32,000 nucleotides of DNA from Aliivibrio fischeri ES114 (GCF_000011805.1 NC_006840.2); one strand, 5' to 3'; shown: positions 20,906 to 30,454, numbered from the stretch's first letter. The notes: generated from the letters alone by a model not told the origin. Translations and numbers: made by a program.

Positions 20906-21859
20906 TTATACCGGTTCAATTTCTTTTAAATGACGCAATACTGAAATTCGAGCTGCTAACAAACCTAAGAAAGACGATAACATAAGTAATAACAAACTCT
21001 CATCCCACGTTAAACCAACTAAACGGAAAATGCTATCGTAAAGTACCGCCACATTATCTACCGCGCCATTTAAGGTAACCGTAATAATTGCAGTTAATAA
21101 CCAAGCAACAAAGCCACCTAATAGACCAAACCACATACCTGTATACAAGTAAGGACGTAAAATAAAAGTATTGGTTGCACCAACTAATTTCATTACCTGA
21201 ATTTCATCTTTTTGCTCTAATACATTAAAACGTAATGTATTACCGACAATCAAAAAGACAGCAACAAACATTAGAATAGCCAATGTCGTTGCGACCACAA
21301 CAGCTACGTGTTTAATTGCATCCAATCGAGCTAACCAATCATCATCCAAACGAACTTCGTTTACATAAGATTGCTGCTTTAAACGATTAACTAGCTGGTT
21401 TACTTGTTCTGTACCTTGCCACTCTGTTTTCGGTGAAACAATTAACACTGCGGGTAACGGATTGCTATCTAATAGTGTTAGTGCTTGCTCAAAACCTGAA
21501 TGCTCACTCAGCTCTTTTAACCCCTCTTGTGGAGAGATGTACTGAACAGCCTCGATTTCCTTCCAGCGTTCTAGCTCACTTTTCAACGTTTGAACTTTTG
21601 TTTCTGCAACGTCTTGTTGCAAATACAAACTGACTTGCGAAGGCGCTTGCCATTTTGAAGCGACAATCGTTAAGTTTTTACCAATTAAGTACATACTTGA
21701 AGGTAAGGTTAATGACATAGCAATCACCGCTAATGTCAGCATATTACCTAAAGGACGACGTAACAGCTCTTGAAAAGAAAGCTTGGCTTGTTTCTTATGA
21801 GTCGCCCAGAATCCATCATTTGATGCGCCTTGAGTATTTTTAGGTTTACGCTTAGCCAT
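20906..21859 (-). CDS. ftsX: cell division protein FtsX
   Basis: FtsX-type permease, adjacent to and overlapping ftsE. MKLVGATNTFILRPYLYTGMWFGLLGG. Confidence 0.95.
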   Translation of the reverse strand: MAKRKPKNTQGASNDGFWATHKKQAKLSFQELLRRPLGNMLTLAVIAMSLTLPSSMYLIGKNLTIVASKWQAPSQVSLYLQQDVAETKVQTLKSELERWKEIEAVQYISPQEGLKELSEHSGFEQALTLLDSNPLPAVLIVSPKTEWQGTEQVNQLVNRLKQQSYVNEVRLDDDWLARLDAIKHVAVVVATTLAILMFVAVFLIVGNTLRFNVLEQKDEIQVMKLVGATNTFILRPYLYTGMWFGLLGGFVAWLLTAIITVTLNGAVDNVAVLYDSIFRLVGLTWDESLLLLMLSSFLGLLAARISVLRHLKEIEPV

Positions 21860-22520
21860 GATCAGCTACCTCACGTAAACACCCTTGGTGTAAATCAAAA
21901 CGACGGTATTTATTACCACCAATTAATGATAAATCATGTGAAGCCATTAATACGCTTACTCCCACACGATTAAACTCAGCAAAAAGATTAAACACCTGAC
22001 GAGATAACTGAGGATCTAAATTACCTGTCGGTTCATCAGCCAATAGCAACATAGGTTTATTTACAACCGCACGAGCAATACCCACACGTTGTTGTTCACC
22101 ACCTGACAATTGCATCGGGTAACTTTTTGCTTTATCTAATAACCCAGTTTTATCTAATGCCGCCGAGACTCGGCGCTTAATATCATTTTCTCGTACTGAT
22201 TCAACACGCATTGGTAATGCAACATTATCGAAAACAGTACGATTCATCAGTAATTTATGATCTTGAAAAACGATACCGATATTACGACGTAAAAATGGAA
22301 TATCTTGATTCGAAATTTTTGTAATATCATGACCATTAAATAAGATCTTGCCATCACTTGGACGTTCAATTGCACAGATCAGTTTCAACAACGTACTTTT
22401 ACCAGCCCCTGAATGACCACTCAAAAAAGCCATTTCACCTCTATTTAAATGAAAATTTACTTTTTGTAATGCTGGACGACCACCTCGATAGGCTTTCGAC
22501 ACTTGCTGAAATCGAATCAC
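21852..22520 (-). CDS. ftsE: cell division ATP-binding protein FtsE
   Basis: Walker A GHSGAGKST, signature LSGGEQQRVGIARA, Walker B LLLADEPTGNLD. Confidence 0.96.
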   Translation of the reverse strand: MIRFQQVSKAYRGGRPALQKVNFHLNRGEMAFLSGHSGAGKSTLLKLICAIERPSDGKILFNGHDITKISNQDIPFLRRNIGIVFQDHKLLMNRTVFDNVALPMRVESVRENDIKRRVSAALDKTGLLDKAKSYPMQLSGGEQQRVGIARAVVNKPMLLLADEPTGNLDPQLSRQVFNLFAEFNRVGVSVLMASHDLSLIGGNKYRRFDLHQGCLREVADHG

Positions 22521-22523
22521 GCG

Positions 22524-23762
22524 CTATTCCTCACGACTAAATAATGCTTCAATAAAATCTTGCGCCACAAATGGACGTAAATCATCAATGCCTTCACCGA
22601 CACCGATAAAACGGATTGGAATTTGGAATTGATCCGCAATAGAGAAAATAACACCACCTTTTGCTGTACCGTCCAATTTCGTTAATGTAATTCCAGTTAC
22701 TGGAGCAACATCACTGAACAATTTAGCTTGGCTAATGGCATTTTGGCCCGTACCCGCATCTAAAGTTAACATGATCTCATGCGGCGCTGATGGGTCAATT
22801 TTCTTCATTACACGAACAATTTTACGCAATTCCTCCATTAAGTTACTCTTATTTTGGAGACGACCTGCAGTATCGGCAATAACAACGTCAACTTTACGTG
22901 CTCGTGCAGCTTCAATTGCATCGTAAATAACGGATGCACTGTCTGCGCCGGTATGTTGAGCAATAACAGGAACATCATTACGCTGACCCCAAACCTGAAG
23001 TTGCTCAACAGCCGCTGCACGGAACGTATCGCCCGCCGCCAACATGACTGACTTACCTTCATTTTGGAATTGTTTTGCTAACTTACCGATCGTTGTTGTT
23101 TTACCAACACCATTTACGCCAACCATTAAAATCACGTGTGGCATATTTTTTTCGTTAATTTCTAATGGTTGTTCAACTTTAGCTAAGATTTCAGCCATTT
23201 CTTCTTTTAGTAAACCATATAATGCTTCACCATCTTTAAGATCTTGCTTACTTGCTTTTTCAGTTAGACTATCGATAATTCTAACTGTCGTGTCCATTCC
23301 CACATCGGCAATTAATAACTGTTCTTCAAGCTCTTCAAACAGCTCATCATCAATTTTTTTACCGCTAAATAAACCAAAGAATCCTGCGCCAATATTCTCT
23401 TTTGTGCGTTGTAAACTACGCTTTAAACGAGCAAAGAAACTTTCTGTTGGTTTTTCTTGAACTTCTTCCACTTTAATTACAGGCTCAGCCTCTAATTCCG
23501 CTTCAGGTTCTTTCTCAGTAACAACTTCTTCCGCTTCTGTCGCTTCTTCAGCTTGTACCGTTACTTTCTCACTTTCTTTAGGCTGTTCAAGCTCTGCATC
23601 TTCCACTACACTCTCTACGGCACTATCATCTTTAGATGGAGCCTGAGAAAGCGTTTCTGCATTTTCTTCTACTGATTGTTGTTCTACTGCTGGTTGTTCG
23701 GCTTTTTCTTCATCACCAAAACCTAACCAAGACAATAATCCGCGTTTCTTTTTGCCTGTCAT
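22524..23762 (-). CDS. ftsY: signal recognition particle receptor FtsY
   Basis: GVNGVGKTTTIGKLA, DTAGRLQNKSNLMEEL and TKLDGTAKGG. Acidic N-terminal A domain. Confidence 0.97.
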   Translation of the reverse strand: MTGKKKRGLLSWLGFGDEEKAEQPAVEQQSVEENAETLSQAPSKDDSAVESVVEDAELEQPKESEKVTVQAEEATEAEEVVTEKEPEAELEAEPVIKVEEVQEKPTESFFARLKRSLQRTKENIGAGFFGLFSGKKIDDELFEELEEQLLIADVGMDTTVRIIDSLTEKASKQDLKDGEALYGLLKEEMAEILAKVEQPLEINEKNMPHVILMVGVNGVGKTTTIGKLAKQFQNEGKSVMLAAGDTFRAAAVEQLQVWGQRNDVPVIAQHTGADSASVIYDAIEAARARKVDVVIADTAGRLQNKSNLMEELRKIVRVMKKIDPSAPHEIMLTLDAGTGQNAISQAKLFSDVAPVTGITLTKLDGTAKGGVIFSIADQFQIPIRFIGVGEGIDDLRPFVAQDFIEALFSREE

Positions 23763-23832
23763 TGGGAAATCCTAGAATTAAATTGGTACAATTTTCTCGT
23801 ATACTATCACTTTCTGAGCGGTCAAAAAATCT

Positions 23833-24435
23833 ATGGTTAAACGTAAACAACACTCACCTCGCACTTCTGGCACAAATGGTCGCTCCGGAAGCATTCGTAT
23901 TATCAGTGGACGCTGGCGCGGACGCAAACTTCCAGTACATGATGCAGAAGGATTACGACCAACCACGGACCGTGTAAAAGAGACTGTTTTTAACTGGTTA
24001 GCACCTGATATTCCTCGAGCTCGTTGTTTGGATCTTTTTTCTGGCAGCGGCGGTTTAGGTTTTGAAGCCGCTTCTCGTGGTGCTGAACACGTCGTAATGC
24101 TTGAATTAAATAAACAAGCTCATGCACAACTTAAACAAAATGCAGAGAGTTTAAAAGCAGATAATATCGAAATTCATCATACCGATGCATTAACGTTTTT
24201 AAATCAAGCTGCAACTCCATTTGATGTTGTTTTTATTGACCCTCCATTCAGAAAAGATTTATTAGAAGAAACCTTAACAAAATTAGAAAATAATGGATGG
24301 TTAGCAGCAAACGCTATGATATACATTGAAGCAGAAAAAGAATTAAACTCATTACCGGTTCCTGCACATTGGCATCTAAGCAAAGATAAAACAGCAGGAC
24401 AAGTTACCTTCAAATTATATGAAAGAGAGGAATAG
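23833..24435 (+). CDS. rsmD: 16S rRNA (guanine(966)-N(2))-methyltransferase RsmD
   Basis: RIISGRWRGRKLPV, DLFSGSGGLGFEA, VFIDPPFRKD. Confidence 0.95.
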   Translation: MVKRKQHSPRTSGTNGRSGSIRIISGRWRGRKLPVHDAEGLRPTTDRVKETVFNWLAPDIPRARCLDLFSGSGGLGFEAASRGAEHVVMLELNKQAHAQLKQNAESLKADNIEIHHTDALTFLNQAATPFDVVFIDPPFRKDLLEETLTKLENNGWLAANAMIYIEAEKELNSLPVPAHWHLSKDKTAGQVTFKLYEREE

Positions 24436-24702
24436 ATGAAAGGATTGATCATTCTTGCTAAAGCTGCCATTGCCTTTGTGTGGTTTATTTTAATTTTAAA
24501 TTTCTTTATGCCATTCCCAGGTAAAGCCGCCATTGCTCTTTACATCATGACTGCATTTTTATTTATGATGCATGGTTTGCAGATGCTTATCTTTATTGGT
24601 GCTTTTGGCGATAAAATATCAATGAGTCGTTGGGAAAAATGGTCAATACTCATCTTTGGTGTATTTGCTTTATTAGACATCAGAAAAAAACACATGATGT
24701 AA
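24436..24702 (+). CDS. DUF1145 family membrane protein (YhhL-like)
   Basis: 88-aa ORF with three hydrophobic segments directly after rsmD, the usual location of this family. Confidence 0.75.
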   Translation: MKGLIILAKAAIAFVWFILILNFFMPFPGKAAIALYIMTAFLFMMHGLQMLIFIGAFGDKISMSRWEKWSILIFGVFALLDIRKKHMM

Positions 24703-24731
24703 AATACCCACTATAAATAGATTATTTTAAA

Positions 24732-24758
24732 AGGAGCGCTCAGCTCCTTTTTTTATAC
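24732..24758 (+). terminator. terminator after the DUF1145 gene
   Basis: AAGGAGC-gctca-GCTCCTTTTTTT. Confidence 0.75.
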
Positions 24759-24846
24759 TACACCCCCACCTCTTCAACTCATTTTTAATGGGTATCTATG
24801 CTACCATTGCCGATATTCTTCTGAACTTTAATCTTGGTACACATTT

Positions 24847-25440
24847 ATGGATACGCTTTCTGCCGCTGTCATGCTTTTTCTAATAATGGACCCTATGGGC
24901 AATTTACCTGTATTTACGACCATTCTTAAACACGTAGAAAAAAAGCGTAGACGTATAATTTTAATCAGAGAGCTACTTATTGCGCTGGCAATCATGATGG
25001 CATTTCTGTTTATGGGGGAGCAAATCCTTAATTTCTTAAGCCTTAAAAAAGAAGCCGTATCGATTTCAGGTGCCATTATCTTATTCTTAATTGGCTTAAA
25101 AATGATTTTCCCACCAGAGGGGGGATTAGGTGCAAGTTTAGGGGCAGGTGATGAACCGTTAATTGTACCACTTGCTATCCCTATGATTGCTGGTCCTTCT
25201 ATTCTCGCTACATTATTACTTTTAGCTCACCAAGAGCCAGATCGCATGCTTGATTGGAGCCTTGCTTTATTAGGTGCGTGGTCAGCAACAACCGTTATTT
25301 TAATGTTTTCTGAAATATTCCAACGCGTAGTTGGTGAAAAAGGGTTAGCAGCAATAGAGCGCTTAATGGGTATGCTACTACTGATGATATCAGTGCAGAT
25401 GTTCTTAGATGGTATCATGAGCTACTTCAGCCATATTTAA
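24847..25440 (+). CDS. yhgN: MarC/YhgN family protein
   Basis: FLIMDPMGNLPVFTTILKHVEKKRRRIILIRE and PLAIPMIAGPSILATLL. Confidence 0.88.
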   Translation: MDTLSAAVMLFLIMDPMGNLPVFTTILKHVEKKRRRIILIRELLIALAIMMAFLFMGEQILNFLSLKKEAVSISGAIILFLIGLKMIFPPEGGLGASLGAGDEPLIVPLAIPMIAGPSILATLLLLAHQEPDRMLDWSLALLGAWSATTVILMFSEIFQRVVGEKGLAAIERLMGMLLLMISVQMFLDGIMSYFSHI

Positions 25441-25453
25441 TCTAAACCATCAC

Positions 25454-25494
25454 TTTCAAATAAAAAGGTCGCTATATGCGACCTTTTTATTTAT
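25454..25494. terminator. terminator after yhgN, possibly bidirectional
   Basis: AAATAAAAAGGTCGC-tatat-GCGACCTTTTTATTT. Confidence 0.85.
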
Positions 25495-25504
25495 ACCAAT
25501 ATAA

Positions 25505-25747
25505 TTAATGGTGACACATGCGCTCAGGGTTTGCTGTAAGCCCTTCTTCCGTTGCGACAATCTTCTTTTTAGATAGCAAAAAATCAAGCAACTCAGCTAG
25601 CGTTAAATCTTGTTGGCTACAAGTATGAAAACAAACCTCAGAACCAAATTCACTCTCTATTTTCTCTTCCAATTGAGCGCGTGGTAGCGGCTCTTTAGAA
25701 TCAATAAGAATATTTAAAACAACATGACCATGAATATCTTGTTTCAT
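25505..25747 (-). CDS. YecH family metal-binding protein
   Basis: IHGHVVLNILIDS...FGSEVCFHTCSQQDLTLAELLDFL, resembling E. coli YecH. Confidence 0.8.
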   Translation of the reverse strand: MKQDIHGHVVLNILIDSKEPLPRAQLEEKIESEFGSEVCFHTCSQQDLTLAELLDFLLSKKKIVATEEGLTANPERMCHH

Positions 25748-25759
25748 TTCACTTTCTCA

Positions 25760-26068
25760 TCATTTATTAAAGACCGTTTTAGCATACCAGATAAAAACAG
25801 TAAGCTTTACGCTTTCTATTTTTATCGACAAATAGCTCATAGAAAGCAATAGCAAACCAAAACAACTAAAAGCATAGTCCACATTAAAAAAGACTACTTT
25901 ATCGACAAGATAAAAAGCATAAAAACAAAGCAAAAAACAGATAAAATACAACAAGTTAAATAACTTATATATTAAATTTTCATATATATCAAAGTGAGTT
26001 ATAACCAGTGTAATATGATTTTTTATTAGAAAAATACGTCCGTTATTATCTAATGATATAAAAATCAC
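25760..26068 (-). CDS. hypothetical hydrophobic protein (weak candidate, GTG start)
   Basis: 102-aa ORF with three possible TM segments. AT-rich, weak RBS, no recognised family. Confidence 0.25.
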   Translation of the reverse strand: MIFISLDNNGRIFLIKNHITLVITHFDIYENLIYKLFNLLYFICFLLCFYAFYLVDKVVFFNVDYAFSCFGLLLLSMSYLSIKIESVKLTVFIWYAKTVFNK

Positions 26069-26346
26069 TTAAAAGCCGATCATATTGAAGCAATAAAAAA
26101 GGCAAAATTGAAAGTAGAGCAAGATATCGCAGCTAAACTCTAAAATCACAACTAAAATAGGTGATTAATAAACAAACCATAAAAAACAAAATTAAACCAA
26201 TTAAAATCAACAACTTAAAGTAAGTTAACATAAGTTAAACACAAAAAACCACAATAACAACAGGCAAAAACACACCTTAACAGAGCCTCTAACGGGCATT
26301 ATTGTCATGGAAAAGTTATTTTTTTAAGCTTTAGAGCAATCAGTGC

Positions 26347-26376
26347 TTGATCAATAACCAAAAACGGTGTTATTCT
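26347..26376 (+). promoter_or_regulatory. putative sigma70 promoter for the 26-codon small ORF
   Basis: TTGATC-N18-TATTCT. Confidence 0.4.
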
Positions 26377-26417
26377 ATTTGTCAAGCAATGATAGATGAC
26401 ATTAGAGGAGCATAGTA

Positions 26418-26498
26418 ATGATTACTTCATCGCAAAAACAAGGACTTATGATGATCGCAGTAGTTGTTGGACTAATGACTCTGCCAATGATGTACTAA
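26418..26498 (+). CDS. unannotated 26-aa hydrophobic small protein MITSSQKQGLMMIAVVVGLMTLPMMY
   Basis: AGAGGAG ribosome-binding site 7-8 nt before ATG, one predicted TM-like stretch, upstream promoter-like motif and downstream terminator. Confidence 0.6.
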   Translation: MITSSQKQGLMMIAVVVGLMTLPMMY

Positions 26499-26521
26499 TC
26501 TACATTCAAATAAGTTCATAT

Positions 26522-26553
26522 AAAAAAACGGACGCAAATGCGTCCGTTTTTTT
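26522..26553. terminator. bidirectional terminator between small ORF and HEPN-like gene
   Basis: AAAAAAACGGACGC-aaat-GCGTCCGTTTTTTT. Confidence 0.9.
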
Positions 26554-26571
26554 ATGCTTAAAATATAGTTT

Positions 26572-26937
26572 TCAAAATAAATGCTTAATATTTTCCCAAT
26601 GAATCATATAGATAGCTAAAGATATCAAGGTAGCAATCAATACGATCCCCCCCACCAATTTCCATAAAAATCGACTGGCTCTTGGGGTCAAGATATCATT
26701 CATTTCTTTACACGTAGCTTTGAAAGCGGATTTATCTTCTAACTTATACCCTTCTTCGTGCACGACTTTGTTTCGCATAGTTGCAATAAAGCGTAATTTC
26801 TTAATCACTTCATGAGGAAGACGCTCCTCACAACTACTAATAAGCTGATGAAGTCCTTTTCCTTCTGCGTGATAATGTGTCTTTAATAAAGATTCAATTT
26901 TACGACTTTGCTTCACAACAAGATCAATATCAGACAT
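26572..26937 (-). CDS. HEPN-like/DUF4145-like protein with C-terminal transmembrane segment
   Basis: 121-aa ORF with helical N-terminus, RNKVVH (RX4H) motif followed by EEGYKLEDKSAF. C-terminal LVGGIVLIATLISLAIYMI. Confidence 0.65.
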   Translation of the reverse strand: MSDIDLVVKQSRKIESLLKTHYHAEGKGLHQLISSCEERLPHEVIKKLRFIATMRNKVVHEEGYKLEDKSAFKATCKEMNDILTPRASRFLWKLVGGIVLIATLISLAIYMIHWENIKHLF

Positions 26938-27235
26938 ATCACTCTCCTAATCTTTGACTCTGAAATCTCTTTCTACTTTATACCATGCAAATGCGAGTTT
27001 CTCTTTCTGATCCTTCAGATTATTATCTTTAGTACACAGAAAAATAATAGGGGATAATTTTAAGATAATGTTCGAGCTAGATCTCAGTTCGTCTCTTGAT
27101 TTCTACTTCTAAAGAAAAGATACATAAAATAACTAGAAAACCCGCACAAACTCGATAAATACTCCTTATCTATCTTTCTATAAAGAGTAGAATAATGATG
27201 AACTTATGTATTTACTTGCACGTTTAAGGAAAATC

Positions 27236-27568
27236 ATGCCTGTTACTTATATTATTTTGTTACTTATCTTTATTTTTGCTGCAGCATTTTTATTTAAACG
27301 CTTCCAAAGCAAATATATCTTAGGAGAAAATGCCCCTGAGATGACGGCCGAAGTAACTATTTTAGATAAGCAAATAGTTGAAATCCCAGACACTCAACCC
27401 GGAGAAGAAGATCAGGAATTTTGGATTTATGTACAAAAAGGACGATTTGGACCAAAACGAGAATTTGAAGTCGGTGTCCATTATTTTCATGCTCTAAATC
27501 CAGGAGATAAAGGTATAATGACTTATCAAGGGCGTAAATTTCATCACTTTGCCTTAAAGCGAGATTAA
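27236..27568 (+). CDS. DUF2500 family protein (YhhM-like); longest ORF starts at 27206
   Basis: N-terminal TM PVTYIILLLIFIFAAAFLF, KQIVEIPDTQPGEEDQEFWIYVQ. TAAGGA ribosome-binding site before ATG 27236. Confidence 0.75.
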   Translation: MPVTYIILLLIFIFAAAFLFKRFQSKYILGENAPEMTAEVTILDKQIVEIPDTQPGEEDQEFWIYVQKGRFGPKREFEVGVHYFHALNPGDKGIMTYQGRKFHHFALKRD

Positions 27569-27589
27569 AGAAATACTAGGGAACCACTT

Positions 27590-29671
27590 ATGACCAATAC
27601 CATGCTTTCTGCCATTCCATTAACCTCTCTTGCTGGTGTGGGAGCAAAAGTCGCAGAAAAGCTCGAAAAAATAGGATTGGTCTCCATTCAAGATTTACTT
27701 TTCCACCTTCCATTACGCTATGAAGATCGAACACGTGTATATCCAATGGCACGTGTTCACTCTGGTTTGTTTGCCGCAGTGCAAGGCAAAGTCATGTCTT
27801 GCGATATGCAATTTGGCAAAAGAAAAATGTTACTGGTAAAAATCAGTGATGGAAACGGCACTATTACCCTACGCTTTTTTAATTTTAATGCGGGCATGAA
27901 AAACAGCTTTAGCGAAGGCAAACTCGTTCATGCTTATGGCGAAATTAAACGTGGAGGCAGTGGTTTAGAAATTGTTCATCCTGAATATCAATTTCATGTG
28001 CCATCCCAACCACTTGAAATTGAAGCAAGCTTAACGCCTGTCTACCCAACAACGGACGGATTACGTCAAAATACATTACGAAGTTTAACTGACCAAGCCT
28101 TAGAGCTATTAGATAAAGCAGCAGTTACTGAGCTTTTACCACAAGGTTTATACAATAACCAAATCACCCTTAATCAAGCGCTTCATATTATTCATCGTCC
28201 AGATCCATCGATAAATCTTGATGCATTTGATGAAGGCAAACACCCTGCTCAACAACGCTTAATTATGGAAGAGCTATTGGCTCAAAATTTATCTATGTTG
28301 TCTGTTCGTAGTAAAGGACAACAAGAAGATGCATTACCCTTAGCAACACTGACTAATTTAAAGCAAAAACTATTAGCACAACTTCCTTTTACTCCCACGA
28401 ACGCTCAACAACGTGTTGTCGCTGAAATCGAACAAGATTTAGCAAAACCTCACCCAATGATGCGCTTAGTACAAGGTGATGTAGGTTCAGGTAAAACCTT
28501 AGTTGCAGCATTAGCAGCGGTACAGGCTATCGAACACGGTTATCAAGTCGCTTTAATGGCTCCGACGGAATTACTAGCAGAACAACACGCCGCTAACTTT
28601 GCACATTGGTTTGAATCGATGGGAATTACTGTTGGTTGGCTTGCAGGAAAACTAACAGGTAAAGCGAAAGAAAAAGAATTAGAGCGCATAGCCAGTGGCG
28701 AAGCGAAAATGATAGTGGGCACTCACGCACTGTTTCAACAAAATGTAGAGTTCCATCATCTTGCTCTGGTTATTATTGATGAACAACATCGTTTTGGTGT
28801 TGATCAACGCTTAGAGCTGCGTGAAAAAGGCCAAAAAAATGGAGCCTATCCACATCAATTAATCATGACTGCTACACCTATACCAAGAACGTTAGCCATG
28901 ACGGCTTATGCTGACTTAGAAACCTCTGTTATTGATGAGCTTCCTCCGGGTAGAACACCGATTCAAACGATAGCCGTTCCAGATACTCGTCGTGATGAGA
29001 TAGTAAACAAAGTTCGTAGTGCGTGTATGAACGACGGTAGACAAGCCTACTGGGTTTGTACTCTTATTGATGATTCAGAAGTATTAGAAGCCCAAGCCGC
29101 TTCCGACACCGCAGAAGCGTTACGCCTACAACTACCCGAACTAAACATTGGTTTAGTGCACGGTAGAATGAAGCCAAAAGAAAAACAGCAAATCATGCAA
29201 GAGTTTAAAGAAGGAAATCTGCATTTGTTAGTGGCTACTACGGTTATCGAAGTGGGGGTAGATGTGCCTAACTCAAGTTTAATGATCATTGAGAACCCTG
29301 AGCGCTTAGGGTTAGCACAACTGCACCAATTACGTGGGCGTGTGGGTCGAGGTTCTGTTGCAAGTCACTGTGTACTCTTATATCACTCGCCATTATCAAA
29401 GACCGCACAAAAACGCTTAAGTGTTTTACGAGAGAGTAATGATGGCTTTGTGATTGCCCAACGTGATTTAGAAATTCGAGGGCCAGGTGAATTACTTGGA
29501 ACCAAGCAAACAGGTTTAGCTGACTTTAAAATTGCTGATTTAGTTCGAGACCAACACCTAATACCAGAAGTACAACGCATTGCTCGTCACCTACATGATA
29601 ACTATCCAAAAAATGCGAAAGCCATTATTTTACGTTGGTTAGGGGAACGAGACATTTACTCGAATGCGTAA
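27590..29671 (+). CDS. recG: ATP-dependent DNA helicase RecG
   Basis: GDVGSGKTLVA, IIDEQHRFGVDQR, MTATPIPRTLA and QLRGRVGRG helicase motifs. Confidence 0.97.
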   Translation: MTNTMLSAIPLTSLAGVGAKVAEKLEKIGLVSIQDLLFHLPLRYEDRTRVYPMARVHSGLFAAVQGKVMSCDMQFGKRKMLLVKISDGNGTITLRFFNFNAGMKNSFSEGKLVHAYGEIKRGGSGLEIVHPEYQFHVPSQPLEIEASLTPVYPTTDGLRQNTLRSLTDQALELLDKAAVTELLPQGLYNNQITLNQALHIIHRPDPSINLDAFDEGKHPAQQRLIMEELLAQNLSMLSVRSKGQQEDALPLATLTNLKQKLLAQLPFTPTNAQQRVVAEIEQDLAKPHPMMRLVQGDVGSGKTLVAALAAVQAIEHGYQVALMAPTELLAEQHAANFAHWFESMGITVGWLAGKLTGKAKEKELERIASGEAKMIVGTHALFQQNVEFHHLALVIIDEQHRFGVDQRLELREKGQKNGAYPHQLIMTATPIPRTLAMTAYADLETSVIDELPPGRTPIQTIAVPDTRRDEIVNKVRSACMNDGRQAYWVCTLIDDSEVLEAQAASDTAEALRLQLPELNIGLVHGRMKPKEKQQIMQEFKEGNLHLLVATTVIEVGVDVPNSSLMIIENPERLGLAQLHQLRGRVGRGSVASHCVLLYHSPLSKTAQKRLSVLRESNDGFVIAQRDLEIRGPGELLGTKQTGLADFKIADLVRDQHLIPEVQRIARHLHDNYPKNAKAIILRWLGERDIYSNA

Positions 29672-29702
29672 ATAATTTCCTCCTCATAAATAGCAGATAC
29701 AA

Positions 29703-29728
29703 AAAAGGTGAGTAACTACTCACCTTTT
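29703..29728. terminator. bidirectional terminator between recG and nfuA
   Basis: AAAAGGTGAG-taacta-CTCACCTTTT. Confidence 0.85.
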
Positions 29729-29751
29729 CTTTATTGCGATTAAACTAGCAA

Positions 29752-30336
29752 TTAGTAGTAAGAGTGCTCACCACGATCATGCTCAGTTAAATCTTTAACT
29801 GCTGTTAATTCGCCTTCGAATTGAACCAATAGTTCTTTTTCGATGCCTTCTTTTAGTGTCACATCAACCATTGAACAACCATTACAACCACCACCGAACT
29901 GAACGATAGCAACACCTTCATCGTTAATTTCCATCAGGCTAACATGGCCACCGTGACCAGCTAATTGTGGGTTAACTTGAGTTTGAATTGCGTATTCAAC
30001 ACGTTCAAATAATGGTGCATCATCGGCTACTTTACGCATTTTCGCATTAGGTGCTTTAAGAGTAAGCTGAGAACCCATCTTGTCAGTAACATAATCAATG
30101 TCAGCATCTTCAAGGAATGGCAGGCTTAACTCATCAACGTATGCTGATAATTTTTCAAACTTCAGCTCAGTATCATTCGCTTCTACTGCTTCTGGTGGAC
30201 AGTAAGATACGCCACACTCTGCGTTTTGAGTACCTGGATTAACCACGAATACACGGATGTTTGTCCCTTCTGGCTGCTGTGCTAGAAGTTTTGCAAAATG
30301 CTCTTGGGCACTTTCAGTAATATTGATTGAAGACAC
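29752..30336 (-). CDS. nfuA: Fe-S biogenesis protein NfuA
   Basis: [27 protein letters not shown] and C-terminal [20 protein letters not shown]. Confidence 0.95.
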   Translation of the reverse strand: MSSINITESAQEHFAKLLAQQPEGTNIRVFVVNPGTQNAECGVSYCPPEAVEANDTELKFEKLSAYVDELSLPFLEDADIDYVTDKMGSQLTLKAPNAKMRKVADDAPLFERVEYAIQTQVNPQLAGHGGHVSLMEINDEGVAIVQFGGGCNGCSMVDVTLKEGIEKELLVQFEGELTAVKDLTEHDRGEHSYY

Positions 30337-30454
30337 AAGTAATACCTGACTAATTTAGTATGATTAAGGATTGTACTCTGAAAAAAAATAATTTTCGAGT
30401 AGCGTAGTCAAATTATAGCAATCTTAATAATCAATTTATCAAGATTTGGTCTAA

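Noticed and set aside
22735-23977. ORFs antisense to ftsY and rsmD (22735-22926, 22838-23062, 22854-23051, 23044-23460, 23636-23977)
   Set aside because: They are on the opposite strand or in shadow frames of well-supported ftsY/rsmD coding, with low-complexity Ser/Leu/Asn composition produced by the acidic FtsY N-domain.
26347-26361. FNR site TTGATCAATAACCAA before the small ORF
   Set aside because: Second half-site and spacing do not fit TTGAT-N4-ATCAA. More likely the -35 element.
26396-26602. + strand 68-aa ORF MTLEEHSNDYF...
   Set aside because: Weak initiation context, runs through the terminator hairpin. The alternative 26-codon frame has the RBS and fits between promoter-like motif and terminator.
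27195-27227. 10-codon ORF MMNLCIYLHV just upstream of the DUF2500 gene, considered as a leader peptide
   Set aside because: No regulatory codon run or alternative hairpins seen. Probably chance.
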